NCBI GenBank assembly: GCA_965277405.1
Contig: OZ255726.1
Coordinates: forward strand, 1,472,001-1,536,000
Origin: Gammaproteobacteria bacterium
GTDB taxonomy: Bacteria; Pseudomonadota; Gammaproteobacteria; G965277405
Reading direction: 5' to 3'
DNA length: 64,000 nucleotides
Shown here piece after piece: positions 29,193 to 40,393 of this stretch. The translations under genes were made by a program, and so were the position numbers. Position 1 is the stretch's first letter. Each line of letters opens with the position of its first letter. The notes under the pieces were generated by a model, which was not told the DNA's origin, made no database searches, and worked only from the letters and a program-made list of their open reading frames with translations.

Positions 29193-30500
29193 ATGGATAT
29201 GATGTGGATTTCCATCCTGTTGGCGGTTGCCATGTTAGCCCTATTATCGATGGGGGTTTGGGTATCATTTACCCTGATTATCATCGGTGGTTTGGGGCTA
29301 ATTCTTTCAGAAAATTATCAGGTTTATTTACTTTTTGCTACCTCAAGTTGGGGGGCGAGCACCGCTTGGTCACTCACCGCTTTACCTCTATTTATTTGGA
29401 TGGGAGAAGTGTTATTTCGCACCCGTCTTTCTGAAGATTTGTTCAAGGGATTAGCCCCTTGGTTAGACGGTGTTCCTGGTAAATTGCTCCATGTAAATAT
29501 CTTAAGTTGCGGTATTTTTGCAGCGGTTTCTGGCTCGTCGGCCGCGACAGCGGCAACCATTGGGCGTATGACCTTACCAGAACTGCGTAGGCAGGGCTAC
29601 AGTGAGCGTATGGCGATTGGCACCTTGGCAGGGTCTGGAACTTTGGGGCTGTTGATCCCGCCTTCGATTATTTTGATCGTGTATGGCGTCGCGGCTGAAG
29701 TGTCTATTGCGCGTTTATTTATTGCTGGTGCTTTACCTGGCTTGTTGTTAATCGCCTTATTTATGGGCTTCACCATGATTTGGGGTTATTTGCATAAGAG
29801 CGAAATGCCTGCAACAATAGGGCAACAGACGAGCTGGCTAGCGCGGATGAAGGGCTTGCGCAAACTATTGCCTGTTGTTGGTTTAATTGGTTTTGTGTTG
29901 GGCTCTATTTACGGCGGTATTACCACCCCGATAGAAGCCGCTGCCATAGGGGTAAGCGGCGCTTTAGTTCTTGCCGCTGGTACTGGTTCTTTGAGCCTCC
30001 ATAGTTTTATGGAAAGCTTATTGGGAGCAGTAAAAAGTTCCTGCATGATAGGTTTTATTTTGGGTGGCGCGCATTTCTTAACCCTTGCTATGGGCTTCTT
30101 AGGTATTCCAAAAGCCTTAGCGGTATGGATTGTAGGGATGTCCCTCTCGCCAATGGAGCTGATTTTCGCGCTTAGCGTTCTTTTTATCGTACTCGGTTGT
30201 TTCTTAGATGGTATTTCTGTGGTAGTGCTGACTGTAGCGGTTATTTTACCTATGGTGCAAGCTGTCAATATTGACTTATTATGGTTTGGTATTTTGATCG
30301 TCTTGGTGGTGGAAATGGCGCAGATTACCCCTCCAGTGGGTTTTAACCTATTTGTTATTCAAGCGTTAACGGGGAAAAACATTCTATACGTGGCTAGGGC
30401 CGCTTTACCGTTTTTTTTGTTGATTGGTGTGGCCATTGTATTGATCAGTATCTTCCCTGAAATTGTCACCTACTTACCGGCAACTATGTCTAAGAATTAG
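29193..30500 (+). CDS. dctM: TRAP large permease
   Basis: LPLFIWMGE, SGSSAAT, LIPPS, ITPPVG. Confidence 0.92.
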   Translation: MDMMWISILLAVAMLALLSMGVWVSFTLIIIGGLGLILSENYQVYLLFATSSWGASTAWSLTALPLFIWMGEVLFRTRLSEDLFKGLAPWLDGVPGKLLHVNILSCGIFAAVSGSSAATAATIGRMTLPELRRQGYSERMAIGTLAGSGTLGLLIPPSIILIVYGVAAEVSIARLFIAGALPGLLLIALFMGFTMIWGYLHKSEMPATIGQQTSWLARMKGLRKLLPVVGLIGFVLGSIYGGITTPIEAAAIGVSGALVLAAGTGSLSLHSFMESLLGAVKSSCMIGFILGGAHFLTLAMGFLGIPKALAVWIVGMSLSPMELIFALSVLFIVLGCFLDGISVVVLTVAVILPMVQAVNIDLLWFGILIVLVVEMAQITPPVGFNLFVIQALTGKNILYVARAALPFFLLIGVAIVLISIFPEIVTYLPATMSKN

Positions 30501-30522
30501 TCGAGACTACAAGGAATTCAAT

Positions 30523-31281
30523 ATGAAATTGAACTGCGATATGGGCGAGGGTTTTGGTCGATGGAAGATGGGGTTGGATGAGCAAATTATGCCATTTGTC
30601 GACCAAGCCAATATCGCCTGCGGGTTTCACGCTGCCGATCCGCGCACCATGGCAACAACCGTTTGTTTGGCAAAACAGCATAATGTTACTATCGGCGCAC
30701 ATCCTGCCTACCCAGATTTGCTGGGTTTCGGACGGCGTAACATGGACATTGACCCCGCGGAATTGAAAGCTGTTATTCAATATCAAGTCGGTGCGTTAAC
30801 GGGTATATGCCAAAGTCAAGATGTGCAGGTGGGCTACGTCAAGCCCCATGGTGCTCTTTACAACCAAATGATGGCAGACTTCATGATTCTAGCAACCGTG
30901 ATGCAGGCAGTAAACGAATTAAATACGACGCTGCCCTTGATGGTGATGGCCATTCCAGAATCCCTTGAAGTAAAAAAAATGGCTAAGCAATATGGGGTTA
31001 CGCTGTGGTTCGAAGCCTTCGCCGACCGTTTGTACACAGACGACGGGCGTCTCACACCGCGCAACCAAGCCAACGCGGTGCACCCCACCTTGCAACTCAT
31101 CGAAAACCAGGTAGAACAACTGTGTGCAACAGGGACGATCACTACTTCATCTGGGAAACAACTTGCGCTTGATGCAGACACTATTTGTGTGCACGGAGAT
31201 GGTGTTCACGCTGTGGATGCCGTAACCCGTACCCGCACTCTCGTTAATCGGCTAACTACGGGTAGCGGAAATCAGCCATGA
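30523..31281 (+). CDS. pxpA: 5-oxoprolinase subunit A (LamB/YcsF)
   Basis: LNCDMGE, ANIACGFHA, VKPHGALYN, TICVHGD. Confidence 0.92.
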   Translation: MKLNCDMGEGFGRWKMGLDEQIMPFVDQANIACGFHAADPRTMATTVCLAKQHNVTIGAHPAYPDLLGFGRRNMDIDPAELKAVIQYQVGALTGICQSQDVQVGYVKPHGALYNQMMADFMILATVMQAVNELNTTLPLMVMAIPESLEVKKMAKQYGVTLWFEAFADRLYTDDGRLTPRNQANAVHPTLQLIENQVEQLCATGTITTSSGKQLALDADTICVHGDGVHAVDAVTRTRTLVNRLTTGSGNQP

Positions 31282-32015
31282 TAGATGCGCATTTGCAGCA
31301 CGATTCGCTAGCCTCACCAGCAGGCATCCCCAACATCGACATGGTCAGTGACCATGCCTGCTTATTGAGTTTTAGCCAGAGCATTAGCGAGGCAACGTCT
31401 AAGCGGATTGCGCAGCTAACGCAGCATTTAAAATCAGTCGTCGGTGTGGTGGACCTAGTGCCGTCGTATACCACCTTATTAGTGGTGTTTGATGGTGACT
31501 ACTACGGCCGCATGGCTATTTGTAAAGCCATTCATCAAACTATAGCAGCAGCCAATCAAGATGATTTTGTTCTGGACAATCTACGTGAAGTAGTGCTCCC
31601 AGTGTATTATGCTCAAGAAGTCGGTTTCGACCTCGATTGTGTGGCAGAGCATTGTCAACTTGGCGTAGCCGAGGTCATTAAACTCCACAGTGAGAGAACC
31701 TATCGTGCCTACGCCATTGGTTTTACTCTGGGTTTTGCTTTTTTAGGCATTACTGCAGATGCATTACATATACCAAGAAAAGCTACTCCAAGGCTCAAAG
31801 TTCCCGCTGGTAGTGTCGCGATAGCTGAAAATCAAAGCGGGGTCTACCCGAGCGCCACCCCTGGCGGTTGGCAAATCATTGGTCGCACCCCAGTGCAATT
31901 AGTCGACTGGGATAGCGACAATATTGCGCTGATTGCCATGGGCGACTCAGTAAAATTTGAGCCGATATCTCGCGATGAATTTTTAGCATTAGGCGGGCAA
32001 CTCGGTGGCGTTTAA
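31278..32015 (+). CDS. pxpB: 5-oxoprolinase subunit B
   Basis: VPSYTTL, PRLKVPAGSVAI, PGGWQIIGRT. Confidence 0.9.
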   Translation: MIDAHLQHDSLASPAGIPNIDMVSDHACLLSFSQSISEATSKRIAQLTQHLKSVVGVVDLVPSYTTLLVVFDGDYYGRMAICKAIHQTIAAANQDDFVLDNLREVVLPVYYAQEVGFDLDCVAEHCQLGVAEVIKLHSERTYRAYAIGFTLGFAFLGITADALHIPRKATPRLKVPAGSVAIAENQSGVYPSATPGGWQIIGRTPVQLVDWDSDNIALIAMGDSVKFEPISRDEFLALGGQLGGV

Positions 32016-32928
32016 AGTCGTGAAAGCTGGTGTATTGGCGCTAATACAAGATCTGGGACGTCACGGTCAGCAGTCGATTGGTTTAACAACCGGCGGCCCG
32101 ATGGATGAAATGGCGTTCCGCTGGGGCAATGCCATCCTCGATAATGACCCCAATGCACCGCAAGTCGAAATCACTTTTGGCATGCTCACATTAGCGGCAC
32201 AAGCCGATACCAGCATTGCCATCACAGGAGCGGATTTGGGCGCAACTTTGAATGATATAAGCGTTGCTTCTTGGCAAACTTACAGCATCAAACAAGGTGA
32301 TATGTTAGCTTTCAACCAACCTGTTTGGGGCTTACGCGCCTATTTATCAGTAAAAGACGGTTTCCTCTGCAAAGAGATATTGGGCAGTGTCGCTACGGTG
32401 ATGCGCGAGAAAATCGGCGGTTTGACTGGGAAAGGCGACAAACTACACAACAACGACTTACTGAGATACTCCCCCTATACCCGCCATAAGCCAAGGGCAG
32501 TACCACGCGTAGCAACGCCAAATTATGCGCAAACAGCAATCCCGGTGATGCTGGGGTATCAGTATCAGTCTTTCACGCCAGCGGAACGCGCGCGGTTTTT
32601 TTCCAGCAACTATAGAGTATCGTCAGCTAGCGACCGTATGGGGTATCGTCTACAAGGTAGTGCGATTACGAGTGATGTCCAAGGCATCATATCCGAAGGG
32701 ATTGCCTACGGTGCCATTCAAATTCCTCAAGACGGGCAGCCAATTGTGTTGCTAAGAGACAGACAAACCATTGGTGGCTACCCCAAAATAGGCTGTGTAA
32801 CTAGCTATGGTGGCGGAATTCTATCCCAACAAACAACTGGTGCTGGTATTCAATTTACCCCGATAACAGTCGATCAAGCGCAGCATGAACGCCATTTGGC
32901 CATGACCAGACTCTCCCAATGGCGTTAA
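32005..32928 (+). CDS. pxpC: 5-oxoprolinase subunit C
   Basis: QDLGR, GPMD, DRMGYRL, DRQTIGGYPK. Confidence 0.9.
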   Translation: MAFKVVKAGVLALIQDLGRHGQQSIGLTTGGPMDEMAFRWGNAILDNDPNAPQVEITFGMLTLAAQADTSIAITGADLGATLNDISVASWQTYSIKQGDMLAFNQPVWGLRAYLSVKDGFLCKEILGSVATVMREKIGGLTGKGDKLHNNDLLRYSPYTRHKPRAVPRVATPNYAQTAIPVMLGYQYQSFTPAERARFFSSNYRVSSASDRMGYRLQGSAITSDVQGIISEGIAYGAIQIPQDGQPIVLLRDRQTIGGYPKIGCVTSYGGGILSQQTTGAGIQFTPITVDQAQHERHLAMTRLSQWR

Positions 32929-33256
32929 CGCAACTGGTTGCAGTCAAATATCAGATGATTATCTTCACCTGACGCAACACAGCGTCAATATACGATCAAG
33001 CAAAGGTCTGCAAGATATATTTGTAATTGGTTGTTATGCTTGACAGCAACGATAATATCAGTATCGAAGCTATATAGCTCGTTAGCTTGGTCTGTCCGCC
33101 CTGTTGGCGACATGCACAGGCGTTTGCCAGCATACAAAGCATACACCACCAGCAACGACGCGCTAATTTTGGCAAAAGAATACCACAGCGTTGTTGCGAC
33201 CAAAGGTTATCAGCAGAGCTATGAAATTAAGACACCACCACAATGGGGTAACATGC

Positions 33257-34984
33257 ATGTCTACAGTAGCAAGCCAACATACTTTAGCTAACAAAAACGC
33301 CTTAATCACGCGCATTCGTCATGGTGTGATTGGTAGAAATGCTCAAATTAACACGCCTTTTGGCAAGAGAAGGCTGACTTATGCAGATTACACCGCGTCG
33401 GGTCGCAGTTTAGACTTCATCGAAACTGCAATTTTGCAACATGTGCTACCTTTCTACGCTAATACGCATACAGAAGCAAATGCCACAGGCCAGCAAACCA
33501 CGTCATTTCGTGAACAAGCACGCCTGAAAATTGGCGATGCAGTCAACGCTAATCATGACGACCTAGTGTTGTTTTGTGGCAGCGGTGCGACTAGTGCTGT
33601 TAATACGCTTATCAGCCAATTGGGATTGCGCCAAATAAGTCCATCAGAAAAAGCGCAGGTTTGTATTCTAATTGGTCCGTATGAGCATCATTCTAATGAA
33701 TTGCCATGGCGCGAGTTGGGGGTTGAAATCATTCGCATTCCAGAAGCAAACACTGGTGGCGTTTGTCTTGTGTCATTAGCAAGGCGGCTACAAAACAACC
33801 AAGGAAGGCGACTTATCGGTAGTTTCAGCGCAGCTTCTAATGTTACTGGAATTGTATGTGATCAAGATGCTATCACTGCGTTATTGCATCGGTATAACGC
33901 GTTAGCTTGTTGGGATTTTGCCGCTGCCGCTCCTTATATTGCCTTAGACATGAACCCACCAGGCGCGGTGATGCTAGCCAAAGATGCCATCTTTTTTTCT
34001 ACGCATAAATTTATTGGCGGACCGAGTACCCCAGGTATGCTAATCGTAAAAAAAAGGATTATTCAGAATATGGTCCCAAGCGTAGTTGGCGGCGGTACCG
34101 TGTCTTTTGTTACGCCGCATGATCACACTTTCTTAGCTATTAGTGAGCGCCGTGAAGAAGGCGGCACCCCCTCTATTATAGAAGCGATACGAGCTGGATT
34201 AGTATTTCAACTGAAACAAGATGTGGGTGCCAACGTTATACAAGCACGAGAACACCGTCTAGCTGAATTGATAGACAAGCGTTGGCATAATCACCCTTCA
34301 ATACAACTCTTGGGTAAACCTCAATCTGCACGGCTGTCGATTACTGCCTTGCGCATAACAACCGATTTTGGCTATTTGCATCATGGCTTTATTACGGTTC
34401 TGCTGAATGATATGTTTGGCATACAAGTCCGCGGTGGGTGTTCCTGTGCTGGTCCATATGGTCACCAATTATTGCATATTGATACCGCTCAATCCGTGCG
34501 AATTCAACAAGCTTTGCAAGACCAAGAGAAACTGGTAAAGCCCGGCTGGGTACGGTTCAACCTAAATTATTTCCTCACCGATGCAGACGCTAAATTTATT
34601 TTAGCTGCTATAGAGTTTGTAGCGGAACACGGCATAACGATTCTCCCCTACTACGCCTATGATCAAAATTTAGATGTATGGCGTTTTCAAAACCGTGCGA
34701 CTACCCCGCTGTCACTCGACTCGATAATGAAAATCCAGCCAGCGCAAGGCGTTCGTGTGCAAAACGTTTTACCTCAAGATCAAGATATAGATCAAGATAT
34801 AGATATAGATATAGAGGAGCAAGAGAATTATTTCCACCAAGCAAAGTCCATCGTAAAAAAATGTCTCGATGGCGAGTATGAGTTACAGCAACAACCTTTT
34901 AATGCTACCTATAATGACATAAAAGATTTTGTTTTAGTGCAAGACTTGGAAACCTTGGATAAACTCGCTGCACCAGCGACCTAA
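33257..34984 (+). CDS. Class V PLP-dependent aminotransferase / cysteine desulfurase-like
   Basis: YADYTASGR, EHHSNEL, STHKFIGGP, RGGCSCAGPYG. Confidence 0.85.
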   Translation: MSTVASQHTLANKNALITRIRHGVIGRNAQINTPFGKRRLTYADYTASGRSLDFIETAILQHVLPFYANTHTEANATGQQTTSFREQARLKIGDAVNANHDDLVLFCGSGATSAVNTLISQLGLRQISPSEKAQVCILIGPYEHHSNELPWRELGVEIIRIPEANTGGVCLVSLARRLQNNQGRRLIGSFSAASNVTGIVCDQDAITALLHRYNALACWDFAAAAPYIALDMNPPGAVMLAKDAIFFSTHKFIGGPSTPGMLIVKKRIIQNMVPSVVGGGTVSFVTPHDHTFLAISERREEGGTPSIIEAIRAGLVFQLKQDVGANVIQAREHRLAELIDKRWHNHPSIQLLGKPQSARLSITALRITTDFGYLHHGFITVLLNDMFGIQVRGGCSCAGPYGHQLLHIDTAQSVRIQQALQDQEKLVKPGWVRFNLNYFLTDADAKFILAAIEFVAEHGITILPYYAYDQNLDVWRFQNRATTPLSLDSIMKIQPAQGVRVQNVLPQDQDIDQDIDIDIEEQENYFHQAKSIVKKCLDGEYELQQQPFNATYNDIKDFVLVQDLETLDKLAAPAT

Positions 34985-35030
34985 GCAGCGCTTGCTTATC
35001 TGGATTAGGTTGGCTCGAATAGTCCAGGTA
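34982..35030 (+). terminator. Hairpins after the aminotransferase gene
   Basis: TAAGCA/TGCTTA stem and TATCTGGATTA/TAGTCCAGGTA stem with G-U pairs; no clear U tract. Confidence 0.35.
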
Positions 35031-35387
35031 GTTGACTGGGCTCTTGCGTTGCACAAACGGCTATGCAATACTGCGTGCATCAAGCGGATACTATAGCGGA
35101 TACTATGTAGTTGCGTGGGCTTGGTACGATTGGTCTAAATACTTCCTACGGATGAGTTGACAACATCGCGATTGATAGTAGGATGCGCGACCTTCTGCCG
35201 TCTCTGGTGCTGTATAGCGCAGGTTTATAGGGGCAAACATCATAATGTCGTTTACACCGTTTGACTGTAAAACGCTTGGCTGCAAATGCTAACAAGCATG
35301 TGGTAAATGTTGTCTGCTGGTTGTTGTTCGGCTGCAGTTATTTTTATATATGATTACAATTAGGAACTACTAGATAGAAGTCGCACA

Positions 35388-35699
35388 ATGCAGAACCAAA
35401 AAATACGAATAAAGCTGAAAGGATTCGATCATCGACTTATTGATGCGTCGACGCAAGCAATTGTTGCTGCGGCAAAGCGCACTGGTGCGCAAGTTACTGG
35501 TCCTATCCCGCTACCTACAAAAAAGGAAAAGTTTACTATTTTGATTTCACCGCATGTGAATAAAGATGCTCGTGATCAGTATGAGATACGCACGCATAAG
35601 CGGATGCTAGAAGTAATTGCACCAACAGATAAAACGGTTGACGCGCTGATGAAATTAGACCTGTCTGCAGGGGTTGAAGTAAACATAAGTTTGGGTTAA
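35388..35699 (+). CDS. rpsJ: 30S protein S10
   Basis: [19 protein letters not shown]. Confidence 0.97.
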   Translation: MQNQKIRIKLKGFDHRLIDASTQAIVAAAKRTGAQVTGPIPLPTKKEKFTILISPHVNKDARDQYEIRTHKRMLEVIAPTDKTVDALMKLDLSAGVEVNISLG

Positions 35700-35703
35700 G
35701 AAA

Positions 35704-36354
35704 ATGGTGGCTGGTATTGTTGGTATTAAGCGCGGAATGACGCGAATATTTGATGAGAATGGGGTAGCAACTCCAGTAACGGTTGTGGAAGCACAGCCAA
35801 ATACAGTGGTCCAGTGTAAGACGCAGATAACAGACGGCTATAGCGCCATTCAAGTTAGCCATGGCAGGCAGATGGAAAAACGTATCAGCAAGCCAGTGCT
35901 CAAACATTATGGGCGTCATGGTGTCAGGCCAGGTAGACGCCTGCAAGAAATTCGACTTAACAGTGATAAAGAAACCGCAAATTATAGTAGCGGCGATCAA
36001 CTCACAGTGATGCAATTTACTGATGTGGAGAAAGTTGATGTAACATCTGTTTCCAAGGGAAAAGGTTTTCAAGGAGCGATTAAGCGTTGGCATTTTCGTG
36101 GTCAAGATAGTACCCACGGCAACTCGTTGTCGCATCGTGCACCAGGGAGTATTGGTAATTGCCAGTTTCCAGGAAAAGTTTGGAAAGGCAAAAAAATGGC
36201 AGGAAGAATGGGAAACGCTACTACCACTACACAAAATGTAGGGGTTGTTGGTGTGCGTGAAGCAACAAATGTGTTGTTGTTGCGCGGTCCTGTACCTGGT
36301 CCAAATGGCTCGGCGGTGTTTATCAAGGCTGCTGTAAAATCAATCCAAAAATAG
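35704..36354 (+). CDS. rplC: 50S protein L3
   Basis: GMT, SKGKGFQG, HRAPGSIG. Confidence 0.97.
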   Translation: MVAGIVGIKRGMTRIFDENGVATPVTVVEAQPNTVVQCKTQITDGYSAIQVSHGRQMEKRISKPVLKHYGRHGVRPGRRLQEIRLNSDKETANYSSGDQLTVMQFTDVEKVDVTSVSKGKGFQGAIKRWHFRGQDSTHGNSLSHRAPGSIGNCQFPGKVWKGKKMAGRMGNATTTTQNVGVVGVREATNVLLLRGPVPGPNGSAVFIKAAVKSIQK

Positions 36355-36360
36355 AGCAAT

Positions 36361-36993
36361 ATGGAACTCCCAATTTATGCAACTAATCAAAGCAAGGTGG
36401 TCACCGAGCAGTTTTTTGGTCGCGAGTATAATTCAGACTTAGTTCATCAAATTTTTGTTAGCTACTTAGCTGGTGCACGCCAAGGCAGTCATGCGCAGCG
36501 CACCCGTAGTGAAGTGCAGGGTGGTGGTAAGAAGCCTTGGCGTCAAAAAGGAACGGGTCGCGCGCGTGCTGGTACTATCCGTAGCCCGTTGTGGCGTGGT
36601 GGCGGCATAACCTTCGCCAAAAAACCGCGAGATTATTCGGTTAAAGTGAATAGAAAAATGTACAGGGCGGGTATTCAGTGCATTTTTTCTCAGCTTGTTC
36701 GCGAACAACGCTTGCATGTTTTTTCAAAGGAGTCGCTGTTGCTGGCTGAGCCAAAAACAAAGGCGTATTTACAGTTTGCAGAGCAGCAAAAAATTGCTGA
36801 TAACGTGTTGATTGTTTTTGAGTCACTCGATGATAATCGGAATCTTGTGTTGGCGTCGAGGAACATGAAGGGCGTTGAAGTGTTACGAATAAGCGAAGTC
36901 AATCCATATAGCCTGGTGGCGCATGATACTGTGCTGGTTGAAGACTCGGTGATAGATAAATTACAAGAGATGTGGTCACATGATGTATCTTGA
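36361..36993 (+). CDS. rplD: 50S protein L4
   Basis: KPWRQKGTGRARAG. Confidence 0.97.
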   Translation: MELPIYATNQSKVVTEQFFGREYNSDLVHQIFVSYLAGARQGSHAQRTRSEVQGGGKKPWRQKGTGRARAGTIRSPLWRGGGITFAKKPRDYSVKVNRKMYRAGIQCIFSQLVREQRLHVFSKESLLLAEPKTKAYLQFAEQQKIADNVLIVFESLDDNRNLVLASRNMKGVEVLRISEVNPYSLVAHDTVLVEDSVIDKLQEMWSHDVS

Positions 36994-37279
36994 TAAGTAC
37001 ACAGTAATTAAGGCGCCGATTAACTCTGAAAAGGCGAGTATGGTTGGTGATAGTGTCAATCAATACGTTTTTAAAGTTGACAGGCGCGCAACAAAAAAAC
37101 AAATCGCTGATGCTGTTACTCAACTGTTTGATGTGCAAGTTGTTGCGGTGAATACCCTCATCAACAAGCCGACAAAAAAGCGCGATATGCGTAGAGGAGG
37201 CACTAGAACAGTAAAAGGTTTTAAGAAGGCTTATGTGCAATTAGCGCCAAGTCAGAGTATTAACTATAATATAGGGTAG
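36980..37279 (+). CDS. rplW: 50S protein L23
   Basis: SEKA, YVFKV, KKAYV; operon position. Confidence 0.95.
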   Translation: MMYLDKYTVIKAPINSEKASMVGDSVNQYVFKVDRRATKKQIADAVTQLFDVQVVAVNTLINKPTKKRDMRRGGTRTVKGFKKAYVQLAPSQSINYNIG

Positions 37280-37285
37280 TAGATA

Positions 37286-38116
37286 ATGGCTCTGAAACAT
37301 ACTAAACCGACATCGCCTGGTGTGCGCCAGCAAGTCCGAGTTAAACGCGATGGATTGCATACAGGTCGCCCGCATATGGCGCTTACTGCAGGGCAACATA
37401 AAACTGGGGGACGGAATAATAATGGCAGGATTACTGTTCGCCATCGTGGTGGTGGGCATAAACAGTTGTATCGTATTATAGATTTTAAACGCGACAAAAT
37501 TGATATTGCAGGAGTTGTCGAACGTATTGAATATGACCCAAACAGAACTGCGCGCATTGCGCTTATTAAATATATTGATGGTGACAGGCGTTATATTATA
37601 GCGCCAAAAAACCTGACAGTTGATCAGGAAATACTTTCAGCAGATATTACCCCGATTCAGCTTGGCAACACGATGCCATTGTCAAATATAAAGCTTGGTA
37701 GTGTCGTACATTGTGTAGAGTTAAAGCCTGGCAAGGGCGCGCAAATTGCGCGCAGCGCAGGGGCGGCTGTGCAGTTGGTTGCTCGTGAAGCAGGGTATGC
37801 AACGTTGCGGCTGCGTTCTGGTGAAACAAGAAAAGTTCCTGAAGGATGTCGTGCTACATTGGGTGAAGTTGGCAATGGTGAGCATAGTTTGCAGTCATTA
37901 GGCAAGGCAGGGGCCAAGCGTTGGAGAGGCGTTAGACCGACTGTGCGTGGCGTTGCTATGAACCCTGTCGATCATCCCCATGGTGGAGGTGAAGGGCGGA
38001 CATCTGGTGGTCGCCATCCAGTTTCTCCAACAGGTGTGCCTGCGAAAGGGTATAAAACACGTCATAACAAACGAACGGATAGGCTTATTGTTCGTCGTCG
38101 TAACAAAAAACGTTAG
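37286..38116 (+). CDS. rplB: 50S protein L2
   Basis: [17 protein letters not shown]. Confidence 0.98.
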   Translation: MALKHTKPTSPGVRQQVRVKRDGLHTGRPHMALTAGQHKTGGRNNNGRITVRHRGGGHKQLYRIIDFKRDKIDIAGVVERIEYDPNRTARIALIKYIDGDRRYIIAPKNLTVDQEILSADITPIQLGNTMPLSNIKLGSVVHCVELKPGKGAQIARSAGAAVQLVAREAGYATLRLRSGETRKVPEGCRATLGEVGNGEHSLQSLGKAGAKRWRGVRPTVRGVAMNPVDHPHGGGEGRTSGGRHPVSPTGVPAKGYKTRHNKRTDRLIVRRRNKKR

Positions 38117-38124
38117 GAGTAAAT

Positions 38125-38403
38125 ATGGCTAGATCTTTAAAAAAAGGACCGTTCATTGATATTTCACTCCTCAAAAAAGTTGAGGTGGCGAGAGCATCAG
38201 GCAATAAGAAACCAATTAAAACATGGTCAAGGCGTTCAACTATTCTTCCTGAAATGATTGAGTTAACAATTGCTGTACACAATGGCCGTAAGCATATTCC
38301 AGTATATATTAACGAAGAAATGGTCGGTCACAAATTGGGTGAGTTTGCGTTGACGCGAACATTTAAACAACATGCGGGCGACCGTAAAACAAAAGGGCGG
38401 TAA
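38125..38403 (+). CDS. rpsS: 30S protein S19
   Basis: [15 protein letters not shown]. Confidence 0.97.
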   Translation: MARSLKKGPFIDISLLKKVEVARASGNKKPIKTWSRRSTILPEMIELTIAVHNGRKHIPVYINEEMVGHKLGEFALTRTFKQHAGDRKTKGR

Positions 38404-38406
38404 ATT

Positions 38407-38745
38407 ATGTTGGTTAAGTCAATGCATAGAAATGCGCGTATATCGCCATTAAAGGCAAGAATCGTTGCAAATATTGTCCGTGGCATGAATGCTGAAAAAG
38501 CACAATTCACTTTGGACTATAGTCCGCAGAAAGCAGCTAAGATGTTGGGTAAGGTGTTAAAGTCCGCCTTGTCGAATGCTGAGCATAATCATAATTTAGA
38601 CGTTGATGGCATGAAAATTCATACTATTGAAGTAAACGAAGCCAGAAGTTTGAAAAGAATTAGCCCTAGGGCAAAAGGAAGGGCGGATCGTATAGTAAAG
38701 CGCAACAGCCATCTGACAATTATTTTAGCTGAGGCGCAGGAATAA
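38407..38745 (+). CDS. rplV: 50S protein L22
   Basis: [15 protein letters not shown]. Confidence 0.96.
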   Translation: MLVKSMHRNARISPLKARIVANIVRGMNAEKAQFTLDYSPQKAAKMLGKVLKSALSNAEHNHNLDVDGMKIHTIEVNEARSLKRISPRAKGRADRIVKRNSHLTIILAEAQE

Positions 38746-38747
38746 CT

Positions 38748-39443
38748 ATGGGTCAGAAAGTACATCCAATAGGTATTCGCCTCGGCATTGTTCGAGAACA
38801 TAATTCTAACTGGTATGCCAACGGTAAGGAGTATGCAGACAACTTGCATAATGATATTATCTTGCGGCGTAACTTGCACAAGAAATTGAAAGATGCGGCG
38901 GTCAGTAAAATCAAAATTGAATACCTTGCAGATAGAGCAATCGTTACCATCCATTCGGCGCGACCGGGTAAGGTTATTGGTCAAAAAGGTGTTGACGTTG
39001 AAAAATTGCGTACCATTGCAACAAAACAGCTGAAACGTTCAGTACATATTAATATTGCTGAAATTCGCAAGCCAGAACTTGACGCCTTTCTGGTTGCCCA
39101 AAGTATCGCCACCCAGTTAGAGCGCCGGGTGATGTTTCGGCGTGCCATGAAACGAGCAATGCAGAATACTATGCGTGCTGGTGCTGAAGGAGTGCGTATT
39201 CAGGTCAGCGGACGCCTCGGCGGCGCTGAAATTGCGCGCAATGAAAAGTATCATGAAGGCCGTGTGCCACTCCATACATTTCGTGCTGATATCGACTACG
39301 CTGTGTATGAGGCGTTAACAACATATGGAATTTTGGGTGTCAAGGTTTGGATTTCTCGTGGTGAGATTTATGGCGGTATTGCGGCAGCACAATTGCAGCA
39401 GCCACCAACACGTGCTGTTCGTCAACAACGCAGTCGTGGATAG
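38748..39443 (+). CDS. rpsC: 30S protein S3
   Basis: MGQKVHP, GRVPLHT. Confidence 0.97.
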   Translation: MGQKVHPIGIRLGIVREHNSNWYANGKEYADNLHNDIILRRNLHKKLKDAAVSKIKIEYLADRAIVTIHSARPGKVIGQKGVDVEKLRTIATKQLKRSVHINIAEIRKPELDAFLVAQSIATQLERRVMFRRAMKRAMQNTMRAGAEGVRIQVSGRLGGAEIARNEKYHEGRVPLHTFRADIDYAVYEALTTYGILGVKVWISRGEIYGGIAAAQLQQPPTRAVRQQRSRG

Positions 39444-39452
39444 GTATAGATA

Positions 39453-39866
39453 ATGTTACAACCAAAAAAAACTAAATACCGCAAGCAGCAGAAAGGTCGG
39501 AATCGCGGCCTAGCCCATCGCGGCAGCTCTGTAAGCTTTGGAGAATTTGGCTTAAAAGCAACAGGTCGCGGTCGGATGACTTCACGGCAGATTGAGGCTG
39601 GACGGCGTGCGATAACTCGCCATGTTCGTCGTGGTGGGAAAATATGGATTCGTGTTTTCCCAGACAAGCCGATTTCAAAAAAACCATTAGAAGTTCGTCA
39701 AGGAAAAGGCAAAGGCCCAGTTGAATACTGGGTTGCACAAATTAAACCAGGTAAAGTGTTGTATGAAATTGAAGGTGTTGAAGAAGACATTGCTCGCCGC
39801 GCAATGCTGCTTGCAGCGCATAAATTTCCTTTCCCCACAACTTTTGTTTCACGTACTGTTTTATAG
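39453..39866 (+). CDS. rplP: 50S protein L16
   Basis: [14 protein letters not shown]. Confidence 0.97.
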   Translation: MLQPKKTKYRKQQKGRNRGLAHRGSSVSFGEFGLKATGRGRMTSRQIEAGRRAITRHVRRGGKIWIRVFPDKPISKKPLEVRQGKGKGPVEYWVAQIKPGKVLYEIEGVEEDIARRAMLLAAHKFPFPTTFVSRTVL

Positions 39867-39871
39867 CGAAT

Positions 39872-40090
39872 ATGAATAAAAAAGAATGGCAACAGATTCA
39901 AGAAGCTCCGCTTGATCGCTTGTTTACTATGCGTGAAGAAGCGAAAAAAGAATTGTTTCAATTTCGTTTGCAGCATGCAACGAATCAGTTGAAACAAACT
40001 CATGTGCTGCGGCAATCGAGAAAAACCATTGCTAAAATTAATACTTTGATTACTGCAAAGCGTAGCACTGTTCATACAACCGTGTCATGA
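39872..40090 (+). CDS. rpmC: 50S protein L29
   Basis: ELFQFRLQHAT.QL; operon position. Confidence 0.9.
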   Translation: MNKKEWQQIQEAPLDRLFTMREEAKKELFQFRLQHATNQLKQTHVLRQSRKTIAKINTLITAKRSTVHTTVS

Positions 40091-40365
40091 ATATGCCAGA
40101 ACAACAAGCCACAAATCCAAGACTGCTTACAGGTACTGTTATCAGCAATAAAGCTGATAAAACCTGTACCGTTGTCGTTCTTCGTCGTATTAAGCACCCA
40201 AAGTATGAAAAGACATTAACGCGTTCTACAAAAGTGCATGCGCATGATGAAAATAATGAATGTCAGATTGGTGATGTCGTTACAGTTGTTGAGTGTCGAC
40301 CAATTTCTAAGTTGAAAACGTGGAAATTGATTACAGTGGTCACGCGTAGCAATCCTGCAGCATAA
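40087..40365 (+). CDS. rpsQ: 30S protein S17
   Basis: HAHDENN, ECRPISK. Confidence 0.96.
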   Translation: MNMPEQQATNPRLLTGTVISNKADKTCTVVVLRRIKHPKYEKTLTRSTKVHAHDENNECQIGDVVTVVECRPISKLKTWKLITVVTRSNPAA

Positions 40366-40393
40366 CGCTAGCGAGTATTGATAAGGAATAAGA

